Below, piece after piece: positions 50,343-63,325 of a stretch of DNA of 64,000 bases (position 1 is its first letter; each line of letters begins with the position of its first letter). The notes under the pieces were generated by a model. That model did not search any database. It was not told the DNA's origin and worked only from the letters and a program-made list of their open reading frames with translations. The translations under genes were made by a program, and so were the position numbers. This DNA is from Chiloscyllium plagiosum (Eukaryota): positions 37,769,267 through 37,833,266 of the forward strand of contig NC_057740.1 of the NCBI RefSeq assembly GCF_004010195.1, written 5' to 3'.

Positions 50343-51639
50343 TTGCTGAACTTTAAGTGATGACTTGATATAAACTCAAGATATAGAGATGGTGACAAGG
50401 CAGATGGAGAGAAACTAATTTGCTGTTTGGGGACTCTTGACTAGGGCATATAGGTACTTTGAACTATGCCTTTCAGGAGAGAAATGAGGAAGCAGTTTTA
50501 TACAGAGGGATGTAGTAGTTTGGAACTCTTCCACGAACTCTGTTTAACCTCTGGTCAGTCTAAAATCTGAGATTGTTAAAAATGTTGTTGATCACCCATA
50601 AACCTTATTATTGGGAGAGTAAGCTTGAAATTCTAAATGGCCAATTTTCTGTTCGTATGGTAAGATTTCATTGCGATGATTTTACCGATCTCAGTAGTCT
50701 CTGTTCCTGCAGTGCTGTGGACTTGTGCACAGTTAGAACATTCTACAGAAATTTCTCTCCGTTGTAGTAAGACTTCCCTACTGTAATTTCTCCAACCTCC
50801 TTGAAATAAGGGCCAACATTCCATTAGCCTTTCTGATTATCTGCTGCACCAGTGTGCTTGCTTTCTGTGTATTGTATGCAGGTCCCCCGAAGTTTCTTTG
50901 TGTTGCACCTTTCTGCAGTTTTTCTTCATTCCATAGTGTCCAACCAATGCACTCCTCTTGTCTAGTGAGGATAAAAGTGAGGTCTTTGTGGAGACTCTGG
51001 ATTCATGCAGAGTTGCAGATTGATATCTATGGTAAACCAAAGATTATGGAATTTGACTGATAACCCAGCAATTGAGAACCCAAATCTCTCAGCAATTTGT
51101 GGAAACGAAGTTCAATAAAACTGTGCGCTCAGGGGCTGCCAACTGATTGCAAAATTTTCTTGTTCCTGTTCCTGTCCTAATTTGAGTGTCCAGTCCTGTG
51201 CTAAATGGCAAACCTTTAATGGCCCTCAGCATGTCTGGTATTGACAGTAAATTAAGTACTAACTGGCAGTGTCATTTGCATCCTAGGAAAGATTAATGAT
51301 TTTTTAAAAATCAGCATTATAAAATGATGGGATTCTATGGAATGTTTGCAAGCGATCCCTTGAATAATTTTAAAAATAAAATCAACAAAACAGGATAGTT
51401 TAATGATTTATCAATGACTTGTGGTTATCTCCCTTCTTCAAACCTTGCAGCAATTCAACCAGTTGTGGTTCCCCTTTCAAGTAACAGTAGGATTGCACAA
51501 CTTTGCGTGACAGTAGTTTGGAGAAGGATGGCTAGAGTTAATGCTCTCTCATTTTCTGTCTGTTCTCTCTTGCTTTCGCTCGTGCTCTCACTCTCCTCCT
51601 CTCGTGGTAGTGAGTTGTTGTCCTCAACCTCCGGAGTCC

Positions 51640-52085
51640 ATGGGATGTAGGTACATCCGCACTGTTGATAGCAAGGGAGTTCCAAGATTTTGTTCTGGCA
51701 TCAATGATAGAGCACTGACATGGTTCCAAAGAATGATGCTGTATGGCTTCAAGTGGATTTTGTGGGGAGTGGTATTCCCATGTATCCGTTGTGCTTGTCC
51801 TTCTCGTTACTAGAGGTTGTGGTTTGGGAGCTGTTGTCAGAGGAACCTTGTTGAATTACTGCAGTGTCTCTTGCCATTGTGAACCAATGGTGGAGGGGAC
51901 AAAGGTTTAAAGTGTTGAATGGGGTGACAGCCAAACAAGCTGCTTTACATTGGAAATTGTCAAGCTTGTAGTTGGAACTTTGCTTCGTGTTGCATCTTAC
52001 TCTTGGCTTACTTCTTGTAGATGGTAGACAATCTTTTTAGGGAATTACGAGGTCATTTACTCACTGCAGAATTTCTAGCCTCTGA
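51640..52085 (-). mobile_element. Family B LINE fragment
   Basis: Antisense match to 49960-50240 plus upstream sequence. Confidence 0.55.
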
Positions 52086-54634
52086 CATGAGCATTCAAAA
52101 CTCAGTTTGTGGGAGGAGAAGAAGGTGGCAAATATGTCTACAGACATGAGAGAATTTCGGGGTCTCTTTGGAAAGTAAGTTGGCATAGTTTTGCATCTGT
52201 GTCTGCTTTTACTTTTGTCTGTCGTGTAGATACACCAGCAGGAATGAGATTAATTATGTCCAAATGGTTGCCACTTCACTGCTTCAGGTCTGGATTTGAA
52301 GTGTTGGGATATTTTAAATCTTTGCACACTGACTCAGTTCTTGGAAGCAACATTCTCACAGCCCAATAAGACCAACATTTGAGTTCGCTGATATTGGCTG
52401 GAATAGTTGGATTTTGTATTGCTCTGTACAAAGGAGGGGAAGGTCATTCAAGGGTCTTGCTCTTCATTATCGACCCTAGCTAGGATATTTAGTCAAGGCA
52501 GGGTCAATTCCATTACGATGCCTCTCATTGTTGAATTGACTAGCCTGCAGAGCTCAGATCTAAAAAGCAGCCATTTTCAGGTGCACTCCTGAAGGATCTA
52601 GGGAATCACAACTAGTTTGGGAAATGAAGGAGGTGGGAAATTGGCCAGAAAACCCCTTACACTGGCTTAAAACTTGATTTAGATTGGCGCAAGAGGATCT
52701 CTAAATGACCTAAGCCTCTTTGTTCGTATGGCAATTTTATTTTTGGGTATAGTTGTGAGGGAATTCCATATCTGGGTGGTATGTGAGGGAAGTGCACAGT
52801 ATTAGGACAAAACTTGATTTATGATTTTGTTTACAGTAGAGAATATTTTTATTAGAACAAGTGCAGAATTTTCCCCTCTGCTTGCACTCACAGGCACACG
52901 TGTGATTCTCCACACGTAGTTACTAACCTCTGCAACTTCTTAATAATTGATCTGAATAGGAAAAACATAGTTTGACAGCAGGAAATGAGCATTCAGTGGC
53001 TTAGTGATCACGAGAAGGATTCCGTATTTTGGTATTCACACTTTAATATTTTGGAGAGAGTGAGGCTGTCTCAATGAAACAAAGAAAGAAGCCCTTTCAA
53101 AATCTCAGGACATCTCAAAACCAATCAGCTACATTGAAGTACAGTTACTCATGCAAAGTAGGAAATACAACAGCCAATTTACACAAAGCATGGTTCTACA
53201 GTCTGTACATCATACACCCAGATAATGTAATACCGTTTAAACAGGATTAATGACTGATTTGGGAGTTTCCACACTTGCCCAGAGGTGGGGCATGCTAAAA
53301 CTGTCAAAACATTTTAATGGAAAATCAGTTGATGAACTTATGAACTCTTCTTCCAATGTATTTGAGTGTATGTTTGTCAATCCCTCCCTCCCTACCATAG
53401 TCCTAAGTGAGAGTGGATCGGTCAGTGCTGCTGAGATCATCCCCCTACCTCTTGACATACGTGTGTGGTTACAGCTGTTGTGGATGCTGAATTTACCATT
53501 TGGAATCTTTTGAGTCGGTTAAATCCAACACACAGAGAGACCTCTGTATATGGATGAAGTGGGTAAATGAACCACAAAGCACAGAAATTTGGATCATGTC
53601 TCCATTAGTAGAAAGCTGCAATCTAACTGGGGTTTACCTGGAACACATGGTGAAACATCTTGTCTGAAAGACAATGCTCCAACATTGTTGTGTTCCTTTC
53701 AGGATTGCATTAAAGTATCGGTGTAGATTATATGCTGAATGAAGCTTGATTTCGAACATTTCTGGCATAGGTGTGACTGCTACTATTAAATGAATCTTAG
53801 TACAGATGAAAAACAACACAAGTGCTAAGATTTGAAAGTGTGGTATTGTCACATCACAGACCTAATGAAGATGAAAGTTTAACTTCATTCTCTCCACAGA
53901 TGTTGCCTCACCTATGGAGTCTACACTTGAAACAATAATCGAACTTTACAAATGCTGTCAGATGTGCTGCTTGCTTCCAGGGTAATCTGTTTTTATTAAA
54001 GCAGCAAATTAATTTTTCTTCTCCTCCCCAAATCACCCTCTGTCTGGGGGTTGCGTGCTGCTAACTGTTACGCTTTGGAGGTGGATTCAGACTGCTGAAG
54101 CTCCCTTTCACAGAGCAGTTGACTCGAGAGAGAAGTCTCGCACCATCATCAGTGCGGCTGTGTTTTAAGCTCTGGTGTCACATCATCCTGTGTCAAGCAG
54201 GCTCCTGTGATCTCATTTTAATTAAATCAGTGTGCGTTGGGCCACTTGCAGCAGCTCTTACACCACAGAATGAGACCATTCAGCCTATCGTGCCTTTGGT
54301 GACTGTGAAAGAGCTGTCGTACATCATTCCGTTCTGGTCTATCCAAGTCTATCCCATTGGGGTACAATTTAAATAGCTTTCACAGAAATAAACAGGAAAA
54401 ACTGTTGGTGTTTTAGTTGATTGCAGTCATTCTGAAAAGATTCAAACATTGGGACTTCATTTAGGTCTGTTTGGATGAGCCTGGTGACCAGCAGCCTCCA
54501 AGGTTCAGCCACCAGCAGATCAATTTCCCAAGTGTACTGCAGCTGCTGTTCTTTGGTGTTCCTGAGTTATTGGAGAAAATCAAACAGAGTTCCCATCCTA
54601 ATCATGGGAATGATCCCAGGGATCCTATTGTACT

Positions 54635-54838
54635 CTACGCTACTTTCTCCCCACCCCCACCCTCCTCTCATTTATCTCTCCACCCTTCAGGCACTCTGCC
54701 TGTATTCCTGATGAAGGGCTTTTGCCCGAAACTTTGATTTTCCTGCTTCTCGGATGCTGCCTGGACTGCTGTGCTTTTCCAGCACCATTCTACTCCAGAA
54801 TCTGGTTTCCAGCTGGTTTGCAGTCATTGTTTTTACCT
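54635..54838 (+). mobile_element. Penelope pLTR derivative with a hammerhead motif
   Basis: attc CTGATGA a gggc tttt gccc GAAA cttt gatt at 54704-54739; ggatgctgcctggactgctgtgcttttccagcac. Confidence 0.8.
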
Positions 54839-55816
54839 TTATTCAGTTGTGCAAAAAAGCCGGAGAAGTTGGGACTGTTTTCCTTTGAGAGATATCGGGG
54901 TTGTTTTCCTTGGAGAGAAGGTGGGACAAAGTGAGGACTGCAGATGCAGGAGATTAGACAGAGGGATTCAAAATCATGAGTCTGGACAGAGTAGGTAGGG
55001 AAAAAAACAGAGTTAATTTTAGCAGAATGGTGAAGAACCAGTGGTTTGAGGTAATTTGTCAGAAGGAGCAATGGTAACATGTGACAGACTGTTTTCACAT
55101 AGCAGGTGGTTGGGATCCAGAATACATTGTCTGAGTATGTGCTGGAGGCAGTTTCAGTTGAAGCATCATTGAGGGAGTTGGATCATTCTTATTGTCCATT
55201 GCAAAGGAAGAGTGGGCAGATCCCAGGAAGAAGGTAGTTGAGTGGCATTTGGTGAATTGCTCTTTCAGAGAGTCAGTATTGGTACAGTAGGCTGATTGGT
55301 TGCCTCCTCTCCTAGAATCATTCTGTGATTCCACATTATTTTCTGCTTAGTGCTGGCTGTGCAGAAGGCAAGACTGGGCTAAAATATGATGTCCCATACA
55401 TCTGGAATCCATACTATTGGAGAGGCACCAGGGTGTTGCAAGGACTCGACAGTTTTAGTTATGATATGAGATTGGATAAATTAGAGTTAAATTTGTTGGA
55501 GCAGTGGAGACCAAGGGAGGAGACGTAATTGAGATTTAGAAAATTATGGTGGGGGGGGGGGACATAGATATGGGAGCCAGGAAGAAACTTTTCCCCTTAT
55601 GAAGGGGTCAGTAATCAGGAGCATAGCTTAAGTTAAGGGGCAAGATGTTTAGAGAGGATGTAAGGACGGAAATGTATGACAAATAGTGGTGAGAAGAAGC
55701 CCTCAACTTTGAAAAAATATTTTGATGTTTACTTGCAATGCCAAGGCATACAAGGCTGGAAGTGCTGGAAAATGGGATTAGAATAATTTGATGTTTGTTT
55801 TGACCAGCACAGACTT

Positions 55817-56024
55817 TAGATAGATTAGGTAGATTCCACACAGAGTGGAAACAGGCCCTTCGGCCCAACAAGTCCACACTGACCCTCCGAAGTGTAACCC
55901 ACCCAGACCCATTTCCCTCTGACTAATGCACCTAACACTATAGGCAATTTAACGTGGCCAATTCACCTGGACTGCACATCTTTGGACTGTGGGAGGAAAC
56001 CGGAGCACCTAGAGGAAACCCACG
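55817..56024 (-). mobile_element. 5'-truncated HE1 inserted into an old CR1 tail
   Basis: TSD cagactt at 55810-55816 and 56025-56031, the latter overlapping a SINE microhomology. Confidence 0.88.
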
Positions 56025-57193
56025 CAGACTTGATGGGCTGATTAGCTTTTTTCTGTGCTGTAGACCCAGATGACTCTATGCAGTGAATGATCCTGCTTTG
56101 TGGGTGAAGTGCGTAATGTTGTGCTGTCATATCCCAACAAGGAGTCAATGCATCCTTCTGAGCAGTGGAGTGAGGTTTGGGAGAAACAGGAGTTTAAATT
56201 CTTTTAATTGGCAAGGGAACAGAATTATCAATGACCCTGATGCAGGGAGGCACACTCCAGTTACAAACACGTTCAGTGCAGCTTGGAAACGTGTGTGGAT
56301 CCGGCTGCTGATGACCTTGTGATTGCTAATAAAGACACATAAATGTATTTTTAGTCTCAATATTTATTAGTTGGAAAGTTAAAGTCTTCATTAAGTAGAA
56401 AATATCTGCTTGTACAGAGGTTCTTTGATTTTGTTTCATGCTAACTTTGCTCAGTTAATTGCCCAGCAATGGATGGCTGACATACTGGAAGATTGAACTG
56501 AAGCCCTGAATATATTCTGATTTTCAAAACAACATTATTTAGTCAAAGAAAACTGGTGCAGGTTTCAGTTGCACATGCGAATGAAGCTGATGAAAGTCTT
56601 GATTCCTGCTCAGTTTTCACTGCGTGCTGGTTTTCGGAAGTTGTAAGACTGGAAGAGGCCATAGCATTCCCAAAGCCAAGATCACCATTGTTTGTAAGTC
56701 TGAGAGAATTGTCAATGGGATGATCTGAACAGTAGACACAGCACAGCAGAGAATGGAAGTACTTTGGTTTGCAAATGAGAATGTGCAATAAAGCAGTAGA
56801 CTTGCACTTCGGGGTTGCTTGCTCAACAGGAGATGTGTGTGATACAGAGGAAAGAATTTTGAGTTCTGATATTTCCTTAGGAGGCTCAGTGTCAAATTTT
56901 GTGCAAGTTGCCATGTAAATTCAACTTGCTGTTGAGTTATTGCACTGCAACTTGCCGTTTTTAAATACTTAAAATAATTGCCCCACCCCTCTCTGATTCT
57001 TGCACCTCATTCAGGTGGTCATTCCTTACCTTAAACTAAGTCTTTTCCCAGCCTGTAAGAGGTCACCACGTGCTGAGAGGAGACAGAAGAGCAGAAGGAG
57101 TAATTTAGCTCCTCTAGCCTATCCTGTCATTGTAATGTCATGGCTGATCTGTGCCCTGACTCTGTATGATGTATTTGATCTTAATTATGATCT

Positions 57194-58617
57194 TGCTAAT
57201 GTGACACCCCTGTTTAAAAAGGGAGTAAGGCAAAAGATGGAAAATTACAGACTGATTAGCCTAACCTCAGTTGTAGGTAAGATCCTGGAATCCATTGTGA
57301 AGGATGAGATTCCTGAATACTTGGAAGTGTATGGTAAAATAGGGCAAAGTCAGCATGGTTTCATCAAGGGGAGGTCATGCCTGACAAATCTGCTCCAATT
57401 CTTTGAGGAATTAATGAGCAGGTTAGACCAAGGAGAACCAATGGATATTACCCACCTGGACTTCAAGAAGGCCTTTGACAAGGTGCTGCACAGGAGGCTA
57501 TTGAGTAAGAGAAGGGCCCATGGTGTTAGAGGCAAGATGCGAGCATGGAATGAAGCTTGGCTGTCTGGCAGAAAGCAGAGAGTGGGGGTAAAAGGATCCT
57601 TCTTGGGATGGCAGCTGGTGACAAGTGGTGTTCCACAAGGCTAGATGTTGGGGCCACAACTTTTCACTTTATACATTAATGACCTAGATGAAGGAACTGA
57701 GGGCATTCAAGCTAAGTTTGCAATCAATACAAAGATATGTAGAGTGACAGGTAGTATTGAGGCTGCAGGAGGATTTGGACAGGTTAGGAGAATGGGCAAG
57801 GAAGTGGCAGATGAAGTACAATGTGGCAAAGTGTGAGGTCATGCACTTTGGTATGGACCATTTTCTAAATGGGATAAAATTCAGAAGTCTGAAATGCAAA
57901 GAGACTTGGTAGTTCTAGTCCAAGATTCTCTCAAGATAAACTTGCAGGTTGAGTCAGTAGTTAGAAAGGCAAATGTGATTATGGCATTTATTTTGAATGG
58001 ACTTGAATATGAAAGCAGGGATGTACTTCTGAGGCTCTATAAGGCTCTGGTCAGACCATATTTGGAGTATTCTATATAGTGTTTGGCCCCATATCTCAGG
58101 AATGATGTACTGGCCCTGGAGCATGTTCAGAGGAGGTTCACGAGAATGGTCCCAGGAATGAAAAGTTTAACATATGAAGAATGTTTGAGGACTCTGGGTC
58201 TACACTTGATGGCGTTTAGAAGGATGAGGGGGGAATCTAATTGAAACTTAGAGAATACTGAATGGCCTGGACAGAGAGGATCTTGGGATGATATTTCCAT
58301 TGGTTGGAGAGACTAGGACCCCCAGTTGACAGCCTTAGAGTAAAGGGAAGACCTTTTAGAACAGAGATAAGGCGAAACTTCTTCAGCCAGAGAGTGGGGA
58401 ATCTTTGAATTCATTACCACAGAAGGATGTGGAGGCCAGGTCATTGAGTATGCTTAAGATTGAGGTAGAAAGGTTCTTGAGTATGAAGGGGATCAAGGGT
58501 TACAAGGAGGAAGCGGGAGACTGGGGTTGAGAAACTTATGAGCCATGGTTGAATGGCGGAGCAGACATGATGTGCTGAATGGCCTCATTTCTGCTCCTAT
58601 GTTTTATGGTCTTATGA
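57194..58617 (+). mobile_element. CR1 LINE (second subfamily): RT domain to 3' end, disrupted
   Basis: [57 protein letters not shown]; tail tatggtcttatg. Confidence 0.95.
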
Positions 58618-58747
58618 AGGTGGTGGGTATTGAATCTGATAACTACAAGGAGATTAATACTGATGGCCAATACCTCTGGAAACATTTAGTCTAGAGGGCA
58701 TTTGGATGTCAAAAAGAATCATCACGATGTACAGCAAGGCAGTGAAA

Positions 58748-59140
58748 CAGTTGCCTTTTAGGTCCCTTTTCCCCTCTCCCCTTAAACCTATGCCCTCTAG
58801 TTTTGGACTCCACTCCCCTGAGGCAAGAACCGTGACTGTTCACCCTATCTATGCCCCTCATGATTTTATAAACCTCTATAAGGTCACCCTTCCTCCTCCA
58901 GGGAAAATAGCCCCAGCCTATTTAACCTCTCCCTATAACTCAAACTCTCCAACCCTGACAATCCTTGTAAATCTTTTCTGAACCCTTTCAAATTCAATGA
59001 CATGTTTCCTGTAGCAGGGATACCAGAATTGAATGTGATATTTCAAAAATGCCCTAACCAATGTCCTGTACAGCTGCAACATGACATCTCAATTTCTATT
59101 GTCCATACACTGCCCAATAAAGGCAAGCGTACCAAATGTC
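58748..59140 (-). mobile_element. HER1 fragment
   Basis: Antisense match to 4290-4690. Confidence 0.85.
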
Positions 59141-60120
59141 TGTGGTGCAGAAAAAAAAGTCCGCTTAATTGCGCACTTTCTCAACTTTTTTTAAACTGAC
59201 AGGAAGGTTCCCTCGACACTATCCTCATTAAACACCTCTGGCAAACGCCTCCTCATCATAGTGTCATCTTCTATAGCAAATGTAGCAGAGATTGCCATGT
59301 CAGACTGAGTCACCAGGGCCACCATCATTGATCACCAAAGCACAGGCCCTTTCTCTCACAAGGCTGTCAAAGTGCACATGTAGATCTGCTAGCAGAAACT
59401 ATGGGCATGTGATTAGGAACTCTAGCTGACTTAGGTTACTTCACTGATCACTTATACAGTCATAGAGCACCCATACATGAGTGGCCTGTGCTTAGCAATG
59501 GCCAGTGCCCTGAAGTAATTTACATTGGCTTTTTGCCCAGGGCTATAAAACATTTACTGTTGGTGACTGTCAAGTGGTGACACCAAAATATTGTAGATTT
59601 GTTACTACAACAATGTCCAGAGAGAGCATATGACAGAGTGAACTATAATTTTTGCCTTTGCATCTTGGTCTAATTATGGCTCTGGGTCAAGTGTCTGATA
59701 GCCTAGTGTTTCTGGCGGGGGGTGTTCCCCAGTTCTGGAGTTACACACAGCTGCTGAGGTTTGATATGTTCTGTGGTCTTACTTGGAATTGCAGAAGTGT
59801 GTACCATGAGAGATGATGTTGGAGGTTAATTTAGCTTGTATGTTTTTGATGTAGAGCTTCCTTTGTTGACTAGTTGATTTTAAGTTTAATACCTTGTTTG
59901 TTTGTTGTGTGTGGCATGTTTGAAGTTCTACATCATAAAGGAAACCTTGTCTTCTAAAGTAAATAAAGCCATTTCTTCTGAAAAGTCTGTAATGTTTGTT
60001 GGCATATGGTATTAAGGAATCTGTAACAAAAATGCATAAATGGAGTTGAAACACAAATCAGCCATGATACAGTTGAATAGTGCAGCAGGCTCTAGTAGAC
60101 AAATAGCTTACTCCTAATCG

Positions 60121-60228
60121 TAAAATAAAGAACTGCAGATGCTGGAGATCCGAAACAGGCAAAACTGGAAATTGCTGGAGAAACTCAGCAGGTCTGTGGA
60201 GAGAGTACAGCGTTAATGTTTTGAGTCC
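60121..60228 (-). mobile_element. Old Penelope-derived 3' fragment with half a hammerhead motif
   Basis: ctgcagatgctggagatc..gctggagaaactcagcaggtctg; minus strand ggactc-AAAA-catt. Confidence 0.6.
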
Positions 60229-61379
60229 TTCTGCTCCTGTTCCTGTATACATAGTTATTGGGATGATTATGAGACTGAGATTGACTGACTGTGAAGCACC
60301 CTGCAGGCAAGTAGCCTGCTAACACTGAAAGTGTTCTTTTGTGGACACTTGAACATGGTACAAAAAACTCCAAATGGTTGCTCAATCTTAGCAAACTGCA
60401 TTAGGAGAGGATGGAAGTAAGGTAATAGAGGCATCAAAATTTAAATGATATTGCTTGACTTGTGTATGAAGTAGCAATCACTTCTTCTGTGACTCTGAGT
60501 TTACGCCAAATCAACTGCTGATCAGCCAGAATCCCCAATAAACCATGTCTTAGTAGATTGTGGCATCTGTTTTATTCTAAGTTTCGTGTTTATAGCTATG
60601 CAGAAGTCATTCAGGCTGTTGGTTTCACTTCGTAGCGCCTAGATAGAAGTCCTCTTGTTTTCAAAACAAAACTGTTTTCACACTTAGAGTACCAGAATGA
60701 GCCTGCTCTAATCAGAAATGTATAAACGCAGACCACTGTTCTGCTTTAGACATCTTAAACTGATCTTAATTGCTCCTGAAGTTTAATTTAAAAAGCAAAA
60801 TATTTTTCTGTAAATACTGCTAAAGCAGTTACGTGCGTCATTTGTACTCTTCCTTGTTTCCAGTTCACTGACTGAAGGAGGATTTTGTGCAGTGCTTGAG
60901 ATGTACCAGTTTTTGAGATTATGACGTTTTACATTGGTGTCAGGCTGAGTTTTGAGTTACTGGTTGCAGGATCAAGTGTTTTCAAGTGTTTAAACTTCAT
61001 CAGTTTTATTTAAGTGTAGGTGTATTTTAAAATGGATCATTTAATAATTTGGGTTAAACTCTAGGAGAAAGCAATTCGTTGATACCACCTCCCTCCCTCT
61101 TTCCCAGCTAGAAACTGCTGTTGTGGTGTTTGGTCACAATGCAACTTAGTTGGCCTTGGCTTTGAGGCTTTTGAGGTCCAACAACATCCTTGATCGGCGC
61201 TCCTGGAGTTGGGGATGACCTGAGAAAAGTATTTCCAAAATAACTTTTAGAAATCGCTGATATTTGCTTTGGGAGGAAAATGGGTCCCCTGTTTACTATC
61301 TCCAAGATGAAAGACTAACGCAGTCTCTCCAGCAATCTGCCACTACTGCACTGAAGTATCAACATACATTATGTTTCCA

Positions 61380-61742
61380 ATTTATTTTTTTCATGGGATA
61401 TGGGTATTGCTAGCCAGAACCAACATGTATTACCCAACTCTAATTGCCTTTGAATTGAGTGGCTTACTACGCCAGTTCAGAAGGCAACTAGAGTCAACCA
61501 CATTGTTATAAATGAGAAGTCACTTTTCGGCCAGATTGGGCAAGGATGTAAGATATCTTCCCTAAAGGGCATTAGTGAACCAGATGGGTATTACAGCAAG
61601 TGATGGCACATTACCAAGGCTAGTATAATGTTCCAGATTTATAAATTGAATTTCAATTCCACCAGGTGTTGCAGTGTGATTTGAGGCCCTGTCCCTTGAG
61701 CATTTGCCTGCACCATAGTTGAATGATATAACCACTTTGCCT
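61380..61742 (-). mobile_element. MetaSINE-like SINE
   Basis: cttccctaaagggcattagtgaaccagatggg shared with ~16736-16768. Confidence 0.65.
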
Positions 61743-63261
61743 TCACAGAGATTAAGTGTTCAAGTCTTTGGAAGTGGTGCTTGATCAAGCCACTTGAGTT
61801 CGAAAGGAGATTTTATTTGAACTTGATATCAACTTTGTTAATGGGAATAGGTGGGTTGACGCAAGTCTTTATCTCCTGCCCTTGTTCTTGCTGCTGGTCT
61901 ATGGTTTCATGCTTTTCAGACCTCTGCAAATCTGTCCTGGCTGAATTAGGATGGCCAGTATTTTGAGTGAGGATGAGCTGCTTTTATTGATGACTCTGTG
62001 CCGAAGTGGAACAGTGTGCGTGGTATGTAGTCATATGGACTGAAATGTCCCTGTATCGAGGCCATTAAGGTTTTCTTTTATTTCCCTTCACTATGCATGC
62101 CCCATTTGTTACACAATGTGATTCCTTTAAGATTGCTGAGTGCATCTTAAAGGGCCTTCACCTTGTGCATGGTTTCTCTGTCTATTGGTCAGAGCGTTCC
62201 TTTTTGCTATGTCACTGCACACCCTTACAACCTTGAGGGGAACAATGAATCTCTCTGTGTGCTACGTATGCCGATTGTGGCCCTGAAGTGTGAAGCATTG
62301 GCCTTCATGGGATATGTAATCAGTCAGGCACTTCCCCTGTGTGATTTGGCTCACCTATAATTCAGGGTCATTGGGAGCTCAGGGGATTGTGGAACCCACT
62401 GTTTGAATGTCAATGCTATCAACGTAAGATGGAGGATGAAAATGTGGGCACCTGAAGAACAAACCCGGTGCTAGTGCGGGTCAGAGTTGACACTTTCAGG
62501 AATTTAACTTTCGAGCTACCTTGAAATTGCAGGAATGAAACAAGCCATTCAGCCCAATAATCCAATGCTGGCATTTTGCTCCACTCGTTCTGTCCCACTC
62601 ATGCCACCTCTCCTGTTCAAACCCGACCAGCTATTCATTTCTTCCTTGTTATTATCAAGGCACTGTGCCTCACATATTCCCTGTGGAATTTTCAGAAGCT
62701 GAAAAATTCCAGAAAGAGTGAGCAAGTTTGGAAGGATTGGGAAAGTGAGTACATTTCAGATTGGCGTAATGTGAATGCTGTTATAAAACAAATCCCCTAA
62801 ATATTTAAGATTGTGGAGTTGAAGTGGGGATGGATGAAGGCTGTACTATTAAAATTTGCACCAGCGCATCTGGTGTAGCTGATGTGGAGTTTTTGAGGAA
62901 TTGGCTGATTAATGGTTTCTCTTTGCAAACGTCTCCTTTCCAAGAACTACAGCCCACTGTACAGTATCAAAATTAGCCTGGAAGCCCTACCTAGTTTTAG
63001 TGGTTAAAGGGGTTGGGCTGCATGTGAATTTTTTTTTAGAAAGTTGTTTACGAGTGAGCAGGTAGTTTGCACTGGTGTTAATATTTAACATTGAAATGTA
63101 GTACAACTGACTATTTATCTCCAGCTCCCCAATTATGAATATCCGTCTTTCTTCGGAAATGGCTTACCCAAATGGAGGTTACGCTTATATTGTGCTTACA
63201 AAGCAATTTGGCTGCTGAGAATTGGAGGGAGAGACTGGTGATAAGTTTGATACAAATGCAT

Positions 63262-63325
63262 GCCATTCTCCCCCTTCACCATAGGGAGCTGAAGCCATTC
63301 TCCCCCTTCACCACAGGGAGCTGAA
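63262..63325 (+). repeat. 32 bp tandem duplication
   Basis: gccattctcccccttcacca(t/c)agggagctgaa x2. Confidence 0.92.

Noticed and set aside
53860-53995. Additional Penelope/HHR-family remnants (also ~23200-23290, 54924-54957 and ~63810-63870)
   Set aside because: The flanking motif ctctccacagatg..gcct..acct or the terminal piece is visible, but no ribozyme core is recognisable, so they are not counted as HHRs
57000-57644. 214 aa ORF as a host gene
   Set aside because: Random N-terminus fused to a CR1 RT fragment; stops and frameshifts follow
63262-63325. CRISPR-like 32 bp repeat
   Set aside because: Two adjacent units with no spacer, in eukaryotic DNA with no cas genes
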